Sequence record: OQ363659.1
Direction: 5' to 3' (one strand)
DNA: 64,000 nt
Part shown: piece by piece, positions 16,789 through 25,760 of the stretch
Layout: each line of letters begins with the position of its first letter
Position numbering within the stretch: position 1 is the stretch's first letter
The notes under the pieces: generated by a model
The model's input: the letters and a program-made list of their open reading frames with translations, nothing else
Databases searched by the model: none
What the model was told of the DNA's origin: nothing
Program-made: the position numbers and the translations under genes

Positions 16789-17316
16789 CTATTTGTTACT
16801 CAACCATGGCGGGTATACGACTACCATGGTGTTAGGAATCTTCTGTGAGGCTTCCTCGATCATCTCTGAGACGATATCGAAGTCTAACCCACCATTACCA
16901 CATCCAAGCGGTGGAACAATGATCTTCCAGGCTGGACTGATTTGGTCTTCTTCATTACCGATGTTATCTACGAGCCATTGTAAACCTTCGGCCACGTATT
17001 CATAGGTGGAAGGATTCTTCCAATTCTCCTTGGTCGGTAGCATCAGGTATCGCTTACCATCAGTACCTTCATAGAGCGCACAATGACCGATCGTAATCGA
17101 TTTCATTTTGCAGTCATGTTTGTATTTGAGGAATAGATCAGGATGACGCTCTGCGAATGCTTTAGCTACGCCAGCACCCATCACACCAATCGTGTTAACA
17201 GTTACGATGTAAAGATCTCCTGGTTCTCTGAAGATGTCTTTACCAATAATGAATTCAGCCATTGAACCGGCTCCCATGAAATTGTCTAATGGAGGGACCG
17301 ACATGATCCCTCTCAT
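16789..17316 (-). CDS. DarG/TARG1-type macrodomain (ADP-ribosyl hydrolase)
   Basis: VNTIGVMGAGVA, LPTK.NW and PPLGCGNGGL motifs; exact start uncertain. Confidence 0.85.
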   Translation of the reverse strand: MRGIMSVPPLDNFMGAGSMAEFIIGKDIFREPGDLYIVTVNTIGVMGAGVAKAFAERHPDLFLKYKHDCKMKSITIGHCALYEGTDGKRYLMLPTKENWKNPSTYEYVAEGLQWLVDNIGNEEDQISPAWKIIVPPLGCGNGGLDFDIVSEMIEEASQKIPNTMVVVYPPWLSNK

Positions 17317-17329
17317 TAGATTGAGTTGA

Positions 17330-17500
17330 TTATTTTTTCAACTCAGATTGCAATTTCAGGGAGGCGATTACCATGCCCAGAACTACGGTAACACAGCTAC
17401 CAGCGGCAGCCATATACTTCAACCGTGCCGTCTGACGATCGATGTCTTTGGTGGACATGGCGGTCTTTGGGTCGTCGGAGAAGATGCCTTTGAATTTCAT
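17330..17500 (-). CDS. 56-aa microprotein with C-terminal TM (not in ORF track)
   Basis: Hand-translated MKFKGIFSDDPK...AAAGSCVTVVLGMVIASL...; ATGA overlap with the upstream stop. Confidence 0.6.
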   Translation of the reverse strand: MKFKGIFSDDPKTAMSTKDIDRQTARLKYMAAAGSCVTVVLGMVIASLKLQSELKK

Positions 17501-17886
17501 GCGATTGCCTTATTCTTTTCACGGAGTTCATTGAGTTTTGCCATTGCCGGACCAGCACCGATTTGCTTGTCCATGCTCAGCGCACCAGTCATGCCTTTGA
17601 TGCGAAGGTTGTGCTGGCGGCACAGGTCCAGAACACTGCGTTGTTCTTTCCAGACCATGTCGCGTATTTGCTTATCGGTCATGTAGACCGAGATGAACAT
17701 CATGGAACACATGGCTTTGAAGCCAACGGCCTGGATGCCATCGATCCACTTTTTCGCTTTCTTACGAATGCGGTCATTCTTGGAGCTGGTTGCGATCTGC
17801 ACCAACTTCATGCCACGACGCTCGATGTAGACTTCCAGGTCTTTCTTGGTCTTTTCGATCAGTTGCTTGCGAGTTTGGAACTTCAT
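17497..17886 (-). CDS. basic hypothetical protein
   Basis: 129 aa. Confidence 0.7.
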   Translation of the reverse strand: MKFQTRKQLIEKTKKDLEVYIERRGMKLVQIATSSKNDRIRKKAKKWIDGIQAVGFKAMCSMMFISVYMTDKQIRDMVWKEQRSVLDLCRQHNLRIKGMTGALSMDKQIGAGPAMAKLNELREKNKAIA

Positions 17887-17965
17887 AGTTTTTTACCCCA
17901 AAAAGAAATCAGCTTTTGATTGAATGCCCAAGGGTCCACGATCAATCGATCATGAACCCCAGCGC

Positions 17966-18088
17966 TCAGCGGCGCTGTTTAGTTTTCTGCTCGTGAGCAA
18001 CGATGGCCTTAACGGCGTAGTGAGACGCTACGCCAATGGCAGTAGCGATGGCGATGCGTTTTGCTACGTCGATCAGATGACCTTTCAT
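17966..18088 (-). CDS. 40-aa microprotein, paralog family B
   Basis: Start MKGHLID with a GGAG RBS; IAIATAIGVASHYAVKA. Confidence 0.6.
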   Translation of the reverse strand: MKGHLIDVAKRIAIATAIGVASHYAVKAIVAHEQKTKQRR

Positions 18089-18110
18089 TTTAAGCTCCCG
18101 AGCAGATGGG

Positions 18111-18281
18111 TTAGTTGGACTTGGCCAGGACGGTGGCGACACCAGCGACGCACAGGGTGACGATTGCACCACTGACAGCGATCTGGGTCATGTCACGTTT
18201 TTCAGCTTTTGCTTCATCAACCAGAGCTTTAGCGTGTGCCAGGCCGAGGATACTGAGTGCAGCGAGTTTGATGATTGGCAT
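18111..18281 (-). CDS. 56-aa hydrophobic microprotein (not in ORF track)
   Basis: Hand-translated MPIIKLAALSILGLAHAK...IAVSGAIVTLCVAGVATVLAKSN*; GGAG RBS; first gene after P3. Confidence 0.65.
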   Translation of the reverse strand: MPIIKLAALSILGLAHAKALVDEAKAEKRDMTQIAVSGAIVTLCVAGVATVLAKSN

Positions 18282-18311
18282 GATTGAATCTCCGTAGCGT
18301 GGGGTGTGTTA

Positions 18312-18351
18312 TATCACGGTTGTAATATAGCGGTTAAATCGTTTTAAATCA
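18312..18351 (-). promoter_or_regulatory. early promoter P3
   Basis: TGATT-N17-TATATTAC. Confidence 0.85.
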
Positions 18352-18726
18352 AGCAGTACGTTCTACCACGCTGATGTTGGTGACATCAACGTAGTTGGAA
18401 ACTGGGATGGTGTTGCGGTAGAAGCGGAGTTGGTGACTGTATTCAGCGCGCTTGTCACGTGGAGCTTCTTCCAGCTTCACATCGCGACGAGCGAATGCTT
18501 TACGGTACAGCGGAATCAGACGGAACTCGAAGCTCAGCGAAACTTGTTCAACTTTGGTGATGCGATCTGGACGGAAGAACCCAGGCAGGTCCTGACCGAT
18601 GATGTCCAAGATATTATCGACCTCACGTTCAATGCGAGCCATTTCCATGCTGCGGGACTGCTGGACGTGTTTGCGGATGATCAGCAGTGCGACAACGATG
18701 AAGCCGATAACGAGAACAGTGTTCAT
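18349..18726 (-). CDS. N-terminally anchored membrane protein
   Basis: VLVIGFIVVALLII; AAGGA RBS. Confidence 0.75.
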   Translation of the reverse strand: MNTVLVIGFIVVALLIIRKHVQQSRSMEMARIEREVDNILDIIGQDLPGFFRPDRITKVEQVSLSFEFRLIPLYRKAFARRDVKLEEAPRDKRAEYSHQLRFYRNTIPVSNYVDVTNISVVERTA

Positions 18727-18775
18727 TTGATATCCTTAATTCAAATCTTAGATTGGGTGTAGCGAGAGTATAGCG

Positions 18776-18892
18776 TTACTTAGCTTTCTTTGCAACCTGA
18801 GCATCGATCACTTTGATCGCGGCTTTGGTGGTGTAGTGTGCCGTGACACCGATTACGATTGCTTTGGTCAGGGCGATGGCGAACTCTTTCAT
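18776..18892 (-). CDS. 38-aa microprotein, paralog family B (not in ORF track)
   Basis: Hand-translated MKEFAIALTKAIVIGVTAHYTTKAAIKV...; AAGGAG RBS. Confidence 0.65.
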   Translation of the reverse strand: MKEFAIALTKAIVIGVTAHYTTKAAIKVIDAQVAKKAK

Positions 18893-18902
18893 GTGGAACT
18901 CC

Positions 18903-19070
18903 TTACTTTAGGGATTGTTGACGAGCTTTGTCTTCTTTGGCACGCTGTTTGGCGTGACGTTTGGCAGCGTACTGTACGCAGAAGCAGCGCTTGCCGATTT
19001 CGTTCAGAGCCAGGAAACCCAGCCCCAGAACAGCGGCAGTCTTAGCTGCCCAAATCATTTCATCTTTCAT
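18903..19070 (-). CDS. membrane-anchored microprotein
   Basis: Start MKDEMIW overlapping the upstream TGA; AAVLGLGFLAL. Confidence 0.6.
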   Translation of the reverse strand: MKDEMIWAAKTAAVLGLGFLALNEIGKRCFCVQYAAKRHAKQRAKEDKARQQSLK

Positions 19071-19273
19071 TTCTGATTCAACCATGCTGTAGTGATGACG
19101 AAAGAACCGGCAGCCAGAACTACACCACCCAGGAGGTTCTTCTTGTGAGCCGACAGCTTGACGCCATCAACGCTTACTTCAGTCTTCGGATTCATGATCC
19201 GTGCAGCGGCACCGAGAGTAGCACCACCCAGAGTAGCACCACCCAGAGCCAGAGTAGCGATGTAATTCAGCAT
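19067..19273 (-). CDS. glycine-zipper two-TM microprotein
   Basis: LALGGATLGGATLGAA, containing a 15-nt tandem duplication; AAGGAG RBS; first gene after P4. Confidence 0.7.
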   Translation of the reverse strand: MLNYIATLALGGATLGGATLGAAARIMNPKTEVSVDGVKLSAHKKNLLGGVVLAAGSFVITTAWLNQK

Positions 19274-19301
19274 GAGAACACTCCTTAGCGTAGTTATTAC
19301 A

Positions 19302-19348
19302 GGGCCATATTCACGATTGTAATATAGCCCTATAAATGTTTTAAATCA
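19302..19348 (-). promoter_or_regulatory. early promoter P4
   Basis: TGATT-N17-TATATTAC; 10-bp inverted repeat with one mismatch. Confidence 0.85.
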
Positions 19349-19663
19349 TACTTCAGCGAGTATGATGAGATGGCGATTAACAGAATACATCTGTTGCAGC
19401 CACATCTGAGTGCGTTCTGCACTGAACGTGGCACGCATGTAACGGCGCTCAATTCGCTTGTGGAGGTTGTGGAGTTCATCCAGAGCTTCCATCCGTGTGA
19501 TCGTCTTTTTGTTCTGACGGTCTCGGATCTTCTCGAACTCGGTTGTGTATTCTTCCACACAACGGCAACACTCGGTAACACGCATACCAAGCTTTGCCAT
19601 GCCCCATACAAACACAGTGGTCAAACCAACGGTTGCAAGAACAGCACTATTGTCCGTACTCAT
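19346..19663 (-). CDS. N-terminally anchored helical protein, family C
   Basis: TM followed by ITRMEA motif; AAGGAG RBS. Confidence 0.7.
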   Translation of the reverse strand: MSTDNSAVLATVGLTTVFVWGMAKLGMRVTECCRCVEEYTTEFEKIRDRQNKKTITRMEALDELHNLHKRIERRYMRATFSAERTQMWLQQMYSVNRHLIILAEV

Positions 19664-19694
19664 GGTAGAACTCCTTCGCCTCTAGGCGAGTAGG

Positions 19695-19859
19695 TTAGAA
19701 ACCGTGGACCCAGACGGTCATAACCAGGAGCACTCCGAAGAGGGCTCCCAGTCGGCGAGGCGTGATCCACAACAGATCTTGTTGGACGGGCGGAGGCTCT
19801 TGGCCCTCTGCCATTTTGCGATAACGTTCGTTTACAGCATCGTCGATTTGGTGATTCAC
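19695..19859 (-). CDS. 54-aa microprotein with C-terminal TM (not in ORF track)
   Basis: GTG start overlapping the upstream TGA, GGAGG RBS; ...LGALFGVLLVMTVWVHGF*. Confidence 0.6.
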   Translation of the reverse strand: MNHQIDDAVNERYRKMAEGQEPPPVQQDLLWITPRRLGALFGVLLVMTVWVHGF

Positions 19860-20176
19860 TTTACATCCTCCAGCAATTTCTTACGACCTACTCGGCAACG
19901 CTCGAAGAACTCTTCAGCGTCTTTTCTTTCCTCCAGGGTTACGTGGAGGTAAGCGAGCTTGTAACGATCGATGATCAGATCGATCTTGGTTTCCGCTTCC
20001 GAGCGAGTCATATGACCGTGCTTGCAATTGAACTCATTTACATCCAGTTCAACTTCCATGTTCTTCAAGGCCAAGATAGCCTTGCTGGTGCGAATGCTGA
20101 TGCGGGCGACCGATGCTACACCAATAGCAGCAGCAACACCTACGATCGAGAGCAGAGCTTTAGAGCCGAAGTCCAT
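19856..20176 (-). CDS. N-terminally anchored helical protein, family C
   Basis: LLSIVGVAAAIGVASV followed by MTRSEA motif; first gene after P5. Confidence 0.75.
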   Translation of the reverse strand: MDFGSKALLSIVGVAAAIGVASVARISIRTSKAILALKNMEVELDVNEFNCKHGHMTRSEAETKIDLIIDRYKLAYLHVTLEERKDAEEFFERCRVGRKKLLEDVK

Positions 20177-20201
20177 AATTGTGTCCTTTTAATTGCGTAG
20201 A

Positions 20202-20240
20202 TTCACGTTCGTAATATAGGCCTTTAATCAGTTTAAATCA
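20202..20240 (-). promoter_or_regulatory. early promoter P5
   Basis: TGATT-N17-TATATTAC. Confidence 0.85.
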
Positions 20241-20621
20241 AGTGCCAAACACGAATCCTTCGATATCACCTGTATCCGTGGTGATCGTAGTAACGCTTTT
20301 AATAGGGGATTGGATCTGGGCTAGTGCCGGTGAGATGATACGGAACAGATTATCGAGGTAATAGAAGAAATGGTTAAACCCTGGGGTGTAGCACTCGAAG
20401 TGTTCACGTAAGCTGTTGATGAATGCATTGTATTGCAGATTGTCTTTGCTGATATAGAACTGGTGCCGTGCTAACAAGAAAGCAGCAGTCTTGGTATAAA
20501 CATCGTTAACCAACCGCATGTCAATATTCATGGATTCTTTTAGGCTACCGATGAGGTTATAAGACCATACTTGTTCTACACGGATGAAATGGTTGATGCC
20601 CTGCATGAGATTACCTGTCAT
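20238..20621 (-). CDS. hypothetical protein, last gene of the structural operon
   Basis: Start MTGNLM at 20621 with a GGAGGG RBS. Confidence 0.7.
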   Translation of the reverse strand: MTGNLMQGINHFIRVEQVWSYNLIGSLKESMNIDMRLVNDVYTKTAAFLLARHQFYISKDNLQYNAFINSLREHFECYTPGFNHFFYYLDNLFRIISPALAQIQSPIKSVTTITTDTGDIEGFVFGT

Positions 20622-20649
20622 AGTCCCTCCCGTTGGGGAGGGACGTATG

Positions 20650-22047
20650 TTAATTTGTACGAGGTGCATCTGGGTCTACAATGACCGGATCACCTTCTTT
20701 ACGGTTAATGAATACACCCAGTGTTACGATACCTACGTGTGAAGTGACTTCAACGTTGGAATCTCCTTGGGCTCTAGATTCGTCTACACCTAATAACACT
20801 CCGTTGTAAGTTTCTACCGAGTTGTCACTAGCGGTCATGAACTTAACGGGCATACCAGGGAACAACAGATCTGAATCCCCATGGAACCACTGAAGCTTTA
20901 AGAACATCCCACGTCGACGAGCCATCTCCGAGTAATGCTTGAATGGGTTAGAGGTAGCGCGATCGTAAGCCCACCGTACGTTGTTGAACCCAGACTCTAG
21001 CAAACCAGTAGACACTTCGAACAGGTTAGATGCCCGATCGATTAACGTCCGGTTATCCTTAGCCGTACCGAAGTCCCCTAGGAGCTTCGTAACGTCGCCA
21101 AAGCGTAAACCGTTACCCTGTTTAAGGTTATCGGCTAAACCGTTGTCTAGGGCGCTTGCATCGCCTGTAGCGAGCACTGTTACGTGCTGCTCATCCACTT
21201 TGTAAGTACGCTCTGCACCTTGGTACCGATCGTTAGGAACGTTGATCAGTTTTAGTACCTTCATGTTCTTCTTGTAACGAGTTGAGTCGTACAGTGGATA
21301 CACGTACCAATACTGATCTTGCAGATAACGTCCAAAGCCTGTAGGGTAAACCCCACCTTCCTCTTCGTGGATGTAATGGGGCACGTCTTTCAACATGATC
21401 CCATCAGGGAAATCCATAACCGTACGGATCTCAGTGTTGTAACCATCGAGGAAGTTGATACCTAAGACACGCTTAGCGTCTTGAGTACCTACGTCGCCCA
21501 TTGTGGAAGCCAGCACTTCTTGGATAGCCTGCATCGGTTGACACTGCCGTAGGGAATTACCATACGACATCATGTTAACCCGGAATGCTGCTTCATCGAT
21601 GAGCTGAACTGCAACCGAGATCATCCCGAGTTGGTTCAACGATTCACGTGAGCTCGTTTGAGAGTCTTTGTTCGTAACCGCATTGTTGAACTGAGTCATT
21701 AATACTGCACGATACCGTTTAACCTCAGACTTACGAGACGTATCCATTGCATTCGAGTTGTACTTGAGTGGAACGTACACGACTTCGCATTGGAGGTTAT
21801 CCCGATTGGGAACAACGTCGTATTGGAAATCGCCTTGGTTCATCAAGAACTGAATCATCCGTCTATCAGAGAACTGTTCCTTAGAGGCATAGTCTCGTGT
21901 GAGGGATTCGTACTCAACCTTGAAGGGTTTGATCCACATCGTTTCTTTTGCGATAAGCTGGCAGTCAATCCGCCAACCCGAGTTACCTTCGCCGTTGTCA
22001 CGGATGTCATCAACCTCTCGCATTAACAGCGTATTGTCAATGGCCAT
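20650..22047 (-). CDS. virion (probably tail/baseplate) protein, phiKZ gp101-like
   Basis: 465 aa; synteny with the phiKZ gp101-gp84 block. Confidence 0.65.
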   Translation of the reverse strand: MAIDNTLLMREVDDIRDNGEGNSGWRIDCQLIAKETMWIKPFKVEYESLTRDYASKEQFSDRRMIQFLMNQGDFQYDVVPNRDNLQCEVVYVPLKYNSNAMDTSRKSEVKRYRAVLMTQFNNAVTNKDSQTSSRESLNQLGMISVAVQLIDEAAFRVNMMSYGNSLRQCQPMQAIQEVLASTMGDVGTQDAKRVLGINFLDGYNTEIRTVMDFPDGIMLKDVPHYIHEEEGGVYPTGFGRYLQDQYWYVYPLYDSTRYKKNMKVLKLINVPNDRYQGAERTYKVDEQHVTVLATGDASALDNGLADNLKQGNGLRFGDVTKLLGDFGTAKDNRTLIDRASNLFEVSTGLLESGFNNVRWAYDRATSNPFKHYSEMARRRGMFLKLQWFHGDSDLLFPGMPVKFMTASDNSVETYNGVLLGVDESRAQGDSNVEVTSHVGIVTLGVFINRKEGDPVIVDPDAPRTN

Positions 22048-22051
22048 CTAA

Positions 22052-22627
22052 TTACTCCAGCATGTAACGTTCGATTTGGTCAACCATCGAATTGTAAGGA
22101 CGGATCTGACCACCCTGCATCATTCGCTCACGAGCTTGCTTATCAGAAGCCACCAAGTTACGACGACGGTTCATACGAGCAATGCCATCAAAGATACGGG
22201 AAGCTACTTCCCGATCCTTAGGGGACAACCGTTGTGCCTCAGCGTGCATCTCTAGCGCTACTCGTTCTAACAAGCGCATATCTTCGATCGGAGGAAATGC
22301 ATCAGGTGGATAACCACCATAAGTCATGTCCAGCCAATTGCGGAAGTGCTCTTGGATATCGGAATACATCTGGACACAGTCCCAACGATTCAGAATAGAG
22401 AACGAATGTCCTTCATCGATAATCATCGCTAATCCAGCACAAGTTTGTTTAACATCCACGAGCTGGTTCATACGGAGCTTATCGAGTTGCTTGTCCCCAG
22501 AGATCCCCACGTAGTTCGTACGAAGGTATTCAGCTGAGTATTGTGCTAGCGTAGGAATCTGAACATGATATCTCAGATTCCAAATTCGCCATGCAGCAGT
22601 GTTACGGGTGATCAGTGCCTTTTCCAT
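22052..22627 (-). CDS. conserved protein, phiKZ gp100-like
   Basis: Synteny. Confidence 0.6.
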   Translation of the reverse strand: MEKALITRNTAAWRIWNLRYHVQIPTLAQYSAEYLRTNYVGISGDKQLDKLRMNQLVDVKQTCAGLAMIIDEGHSFSILNRWDCVQMYSDIQEHFRNWLDMTYGGYPPDAFPPIEDMRLLERVALEMHAEAQRLSPKDREVASRIFDGIARMNRRRNLVASDKQARERMMQGGQIRPYNSMVDQIERYMLE

Positions 22628-22634
22628 GATTTAC

Positions 22635-24062
22635 CTACATTGCGTACTTCAGCAATGCGATTACAACCGGGTAGTAATAGAACCGTTCGAGGTTATCCCA
22701 ATACCGGATGTTCTCCAACATTGCATCAAATTGTCTTTTGTCTATTTCTTCACGACGAACCATCGACGTAGTCAACATCTCCAGTTTAGACTGTAGGTGT
22801 GGATCACAACGATAGAACGATTCAGTGAATACATAGAAGTTGTCACGAACGATCGGGTGAATATCAGCAGGGATGCGATACTCTTGTCCGACGTAGTTAT
22901 GTTCGTCTTCTGGTTTAACACGACGGAACCATTCCAGGTCTCGTTCGAGTTGGGTACGGTGAGGACCGGGTTGTGGACGACGAGGTTTACCTTCGTGGAA
23001 AGGAATACCCCATGGACGTGCACGATCTTCACCATCGTACTGGGAGTCTACGTCAGTCGGTGCTTCGATAGGGAACACAAACCGAGGGATACCGGAATAC
23101 CCGATAGCTTGGAGTTCAGGACGCCAACGAGAGATCTTGGTATTCACCAAGTGACAGCGCTCAGTAGAGTCCGTGATCTTATCCATGTCATGTCGAAGGA
23201 TAGCGTCCCACAATGTAGGCTGGGACATTACCGGTTCAGACATTACGTTAAGGATCTTCACCTTACGCATCCGACCATCAGTACCTGTATCAATCATCGA
23301 AACGAATGCTTTGGTTACCCAGTGATCGTAAGTCTTGTAGAGTTGATCCGGTACGAGGAACGTAGAGTGTTCTTTCGAGAAGAAGTCAGTGATGTAGCTA
23401 TCTACCAACGTACGCAGTAACCGACGGTACATGTCCGTACGGTGTTGCTCTTCTTCTGTAACGAATGGACCACAACCTGCGTTAGCCGAAGCAGCAGAGA
23501 AGTAATACACTTCCTCAGACTTACGCTTCAGGTCATTGAACCGCTCTTCAGTCAACTCACTGACTTGCTTCCACTCAATAGCAAACGTAGAACCCGATTG
23601 GATCGTTACACGCTTAGCCGATGTGATGGTAAACAAACCAGTCTTACCATTACCGATACCCGCAGCAAACATGTCACCTTGGTTAGGTGTCATGAAGCCG
23701 TAAGTGTGACCACCACCAGTCCGTGTCCAGACGTTAATCTGGTCGTCAGCTTGGCCATCCAACGTTTGGTTTACTTTCAGCGGGATTCGCTTAAGCCAGC
23801 GGTATTGCTGTGCGTGTGGTTCACGCATCACGTTCTGCGGAGTAGGTTCTTGATCGGGACGTAGAATCTGAGACCAGTAATCTACAATCCAATTCGAACC
23901 GGAGGTCCATTGCATCAAGTGTGATGGTGGGGCGTATTCCTTATCGATGGTAATACCACGGAATACTTCTGTTTCGATCTTCACCGCACCTTCAGGAACG
24001 GGACCTTGTCCAGCGTCATAGCAGGGTTCTTCTGGCTTCTTAGCCTGTTGTACGATAGGCAT
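22635..24062 (-). CDS. virion structural protein, phiKZ gp99-like
   Basis: 475 aa; synteny. Confidence 0.65.
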   Translation of the reverse strand: MPIVQQAKKPEEPCYDAGQGPVPEGAVKIETEVFRGITIDKEYAPPSHLMQWTSGSNWIVDYWSQILRPDQEPTPQNVMREPHAQQYRWLKRIPLKVNQTLDGQADDQINVWTRTGGGHTYGFMTPNQGDMFAAGIGNGKTGLFTITSAKRVTIQSGSTFAIEWKQVSELTEERFNDLKRKSEEVYYFSAASANAGCGPFVTEEEQHRTDMYRRLLRTLVDSYITDFFSKEHSTFLVPDQLYKTYDHWVTKAFVSMIDTGTDGRMRKVKILNVMSEPVMSQPTLWDAILRHDMDKITDSTERCHLVNTKISRWRPELQAIGYSGIPRFVFPIEAPTDVDSQYDGEDRARPWGIPFHEGKPRRPQPGPHRTQLERDLEWFRRVKPEDEHNYVGQEYRIPADIHPIVRDNFYVFTESFYRCDPHLQSKLEMLTTSMVRREEIDKRQFDAMLENIRYWDNLERFYYYPVVIALLKYAM

Positions 24063-25687
24063 TATTCTCTCCTAACTGTTACGATGTCACCACACAGCAC
24101 CGTCATGATGCCATCTCGATTACCACGGAACCATGGACCACCGCGCATCTCCATTTGCCTACGTGCTTCGGTAACGTCTTCTTGTCTAACCACACCTGTC
24201 TTAAAGGTAGGGACATCTTTCGTCCATTCCGAAGTACCTTCACCTGGGCAACCCAACACTGGTAGACGCTCTTTGAGTTTGACACCCAAGAGTTTCATCT
24301 GATCCATAGGCTTACGACCAACGCTTACGTTGAACAGATTACACATTGTCCAGAACACAGTCGGGTAGTAACGCAGATCATTCCAAACGTTATCATGCAC
24401 GGCCCACCAGTTCCGATCGATTGAAATCTCGATGTGGTAATACTTGGTAGGGTCTAGATCAAACGGAGCCTTCAGCATTGTAGTGCCGGGTTCTAGTTCG
24501 AGCTGTAGATCCATCCATTCGTTGTTACGATACAGACGGAAGTTAAACAACCCACCAGGACGTACGATACACTTAGTACCTAGATCCGTGAAGTATTCCA
24601 TGAAGTGTTCAGTAAAGAACCAATCACCGATATTCGTCAGATCCAATAGACTACGACGGTCATCCTTCTCGATAGACACCAGTCCTGTGTAGAACGTAAA
24701 TGCATCGTAAGGCTTGAGGTTAGTCGTCCAGTCGTTTACTACGGGATACTGGATATAAGGAACGTGTTTAGGTCTCGGAGCTACGAACCGTTTATCTAAA
24801 GGACCCCGTAAGTATGATTGCTTACGTTGTACTTGTTGGTAACGCTTTGGTTGCTGCTTAGGCCAGAACACATCGGGGATTGGATTCTGATGACAGATCA
24901 ATGGATAGCGAACATACACATGCGTCGGTTGTTCGAACCGTACGGTGTAAGTCACAGTAACCGTGTAAGCACCGGCTTTGTCGCTGTTAGCAGCAGGCGT
25001 GTCAGGTGTACCGGTATAGTCAAACCAACCCACTACGTCTAGTTGCCGTTCACGGATAGCTGGTTGTTCGTGTTGGATAGTCAGTGTTGCTACATGTGTG
25101 TGAGATTGCCAGAAGTATTTATCCAAGTATTCCTGGAAGGTTTCTTCAATAGGCCAATCACTGCATTGAATCGTATCGTAGCAACCCCGCAGTAAAGCTT
25201 GGAGTGGACGTGGTAGCATGTAATAGTAGTCAAGCTTCAACGTCAGTTCAGCACCGCCTCGGGATACCCGAGCTCGCTGTTCATCTAGCCAACGCTTAGC
25301 TTCTACAATGCCACTGGATTGGTATTCAATGTCTACACGGAAGTCGACCATCCGACGCACAGGACAAACCTGGATATCCCGGATTGGGTCTTCCCATACT
25401 GGCAGGTTCTTGAATGTGTTCACCGCTGTAGTTAACGCGAAGTTATCATCAGCGATATCCTGATAACGAATAACGGCTCGTGCCTCAGGGTCATAAACGA
25501 TTTCTGTCGAACAACATGCACCAAACCCACCGTTGTCCAGAGGAATCTTTTCAGAGTTACCTGGGAGATACACATGTGTACCTTTAGGGATGTCGATGAT
25601 GTTAGACAGTTGTTCTGTAAGGTCTACTGCTACCCGACGAATTACAGATTCGTAGGTATCTGGTAAGACCATTAATGCATGAGGCAT
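24062..25687 (-). CDS. virion structural protein, phiKZ gp98-like
   Basis: 541 aa; synteny. Confidence 0.65.
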   Translation of the reverse strand: MPHALMVLPDTYESVIRRVAVDLTEQLSNIIDIPKGTHVYLPGNSEKIPLDNGGFGACCSTEIVYDPEARAVIRYQDIADDNFALTTAVNTFKNLPVWEDPIRDIQVCPVRRMVDFRVDIEYQSSGIVEAKRWLDEQRARVSRGGAELTLKLDYYYMLPRPLQALLRGCYDTIQCSDWPIEETFQEYLDKYFWQSHTHVATLTIQHEQPAIRERQLDVVGWFDYTGTPDTPAANSDKAGAYTVTVTYTVRFEQPTHVYVRYPLICHQNPIPDVFWPKQQPKRYQQVQRKQSYLRGPLDKRFVAPRPKHVPYIQYPVVNDWTTNLKPYDAFTFYTGLVSIEKDDRRSLLDLTNIGDWFFTEHFMEYFTDLGTKCIVRPGGLFNFRLYRNNEWMDLQLELEPGTTMLKAPFDLDPTKYYHIEISIDRNWWAVHDNVWNDLRYYPTVFWTMCNLFNVSVGRKPMDQMKLLGVKLKERLPVLGCPGEGTSEWTKDVPTFKTGVVRQEDVTEARRQMEMRGGPWFRGNRDGIMTVLCGDIVTVRRE

Positions 25688-25724
25688 GTCAAGGCCCTCG
25701 TTAGTTGAAAGTCATAAGATTCGG

Positions 25725-25757
25725 CATAAAGCCTTCCCCGGAGGGAAGGCCTCTATG
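25725..25757. terminator. CATA/TATG-flanked hairpin
   Basis: GCCTTCCC-CGGA-GGGAAGGC. Confidence 0.65.
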
Positions 25758-25760
25758 TTG

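Noticed and set aside
14056-20240. CRISPR array or integron reading of the repeats
   Set aside because: Spacing is 0.9-2.3 kb, the repeats carry a known promoter core, and no cas gene, integrase or attC fold is present
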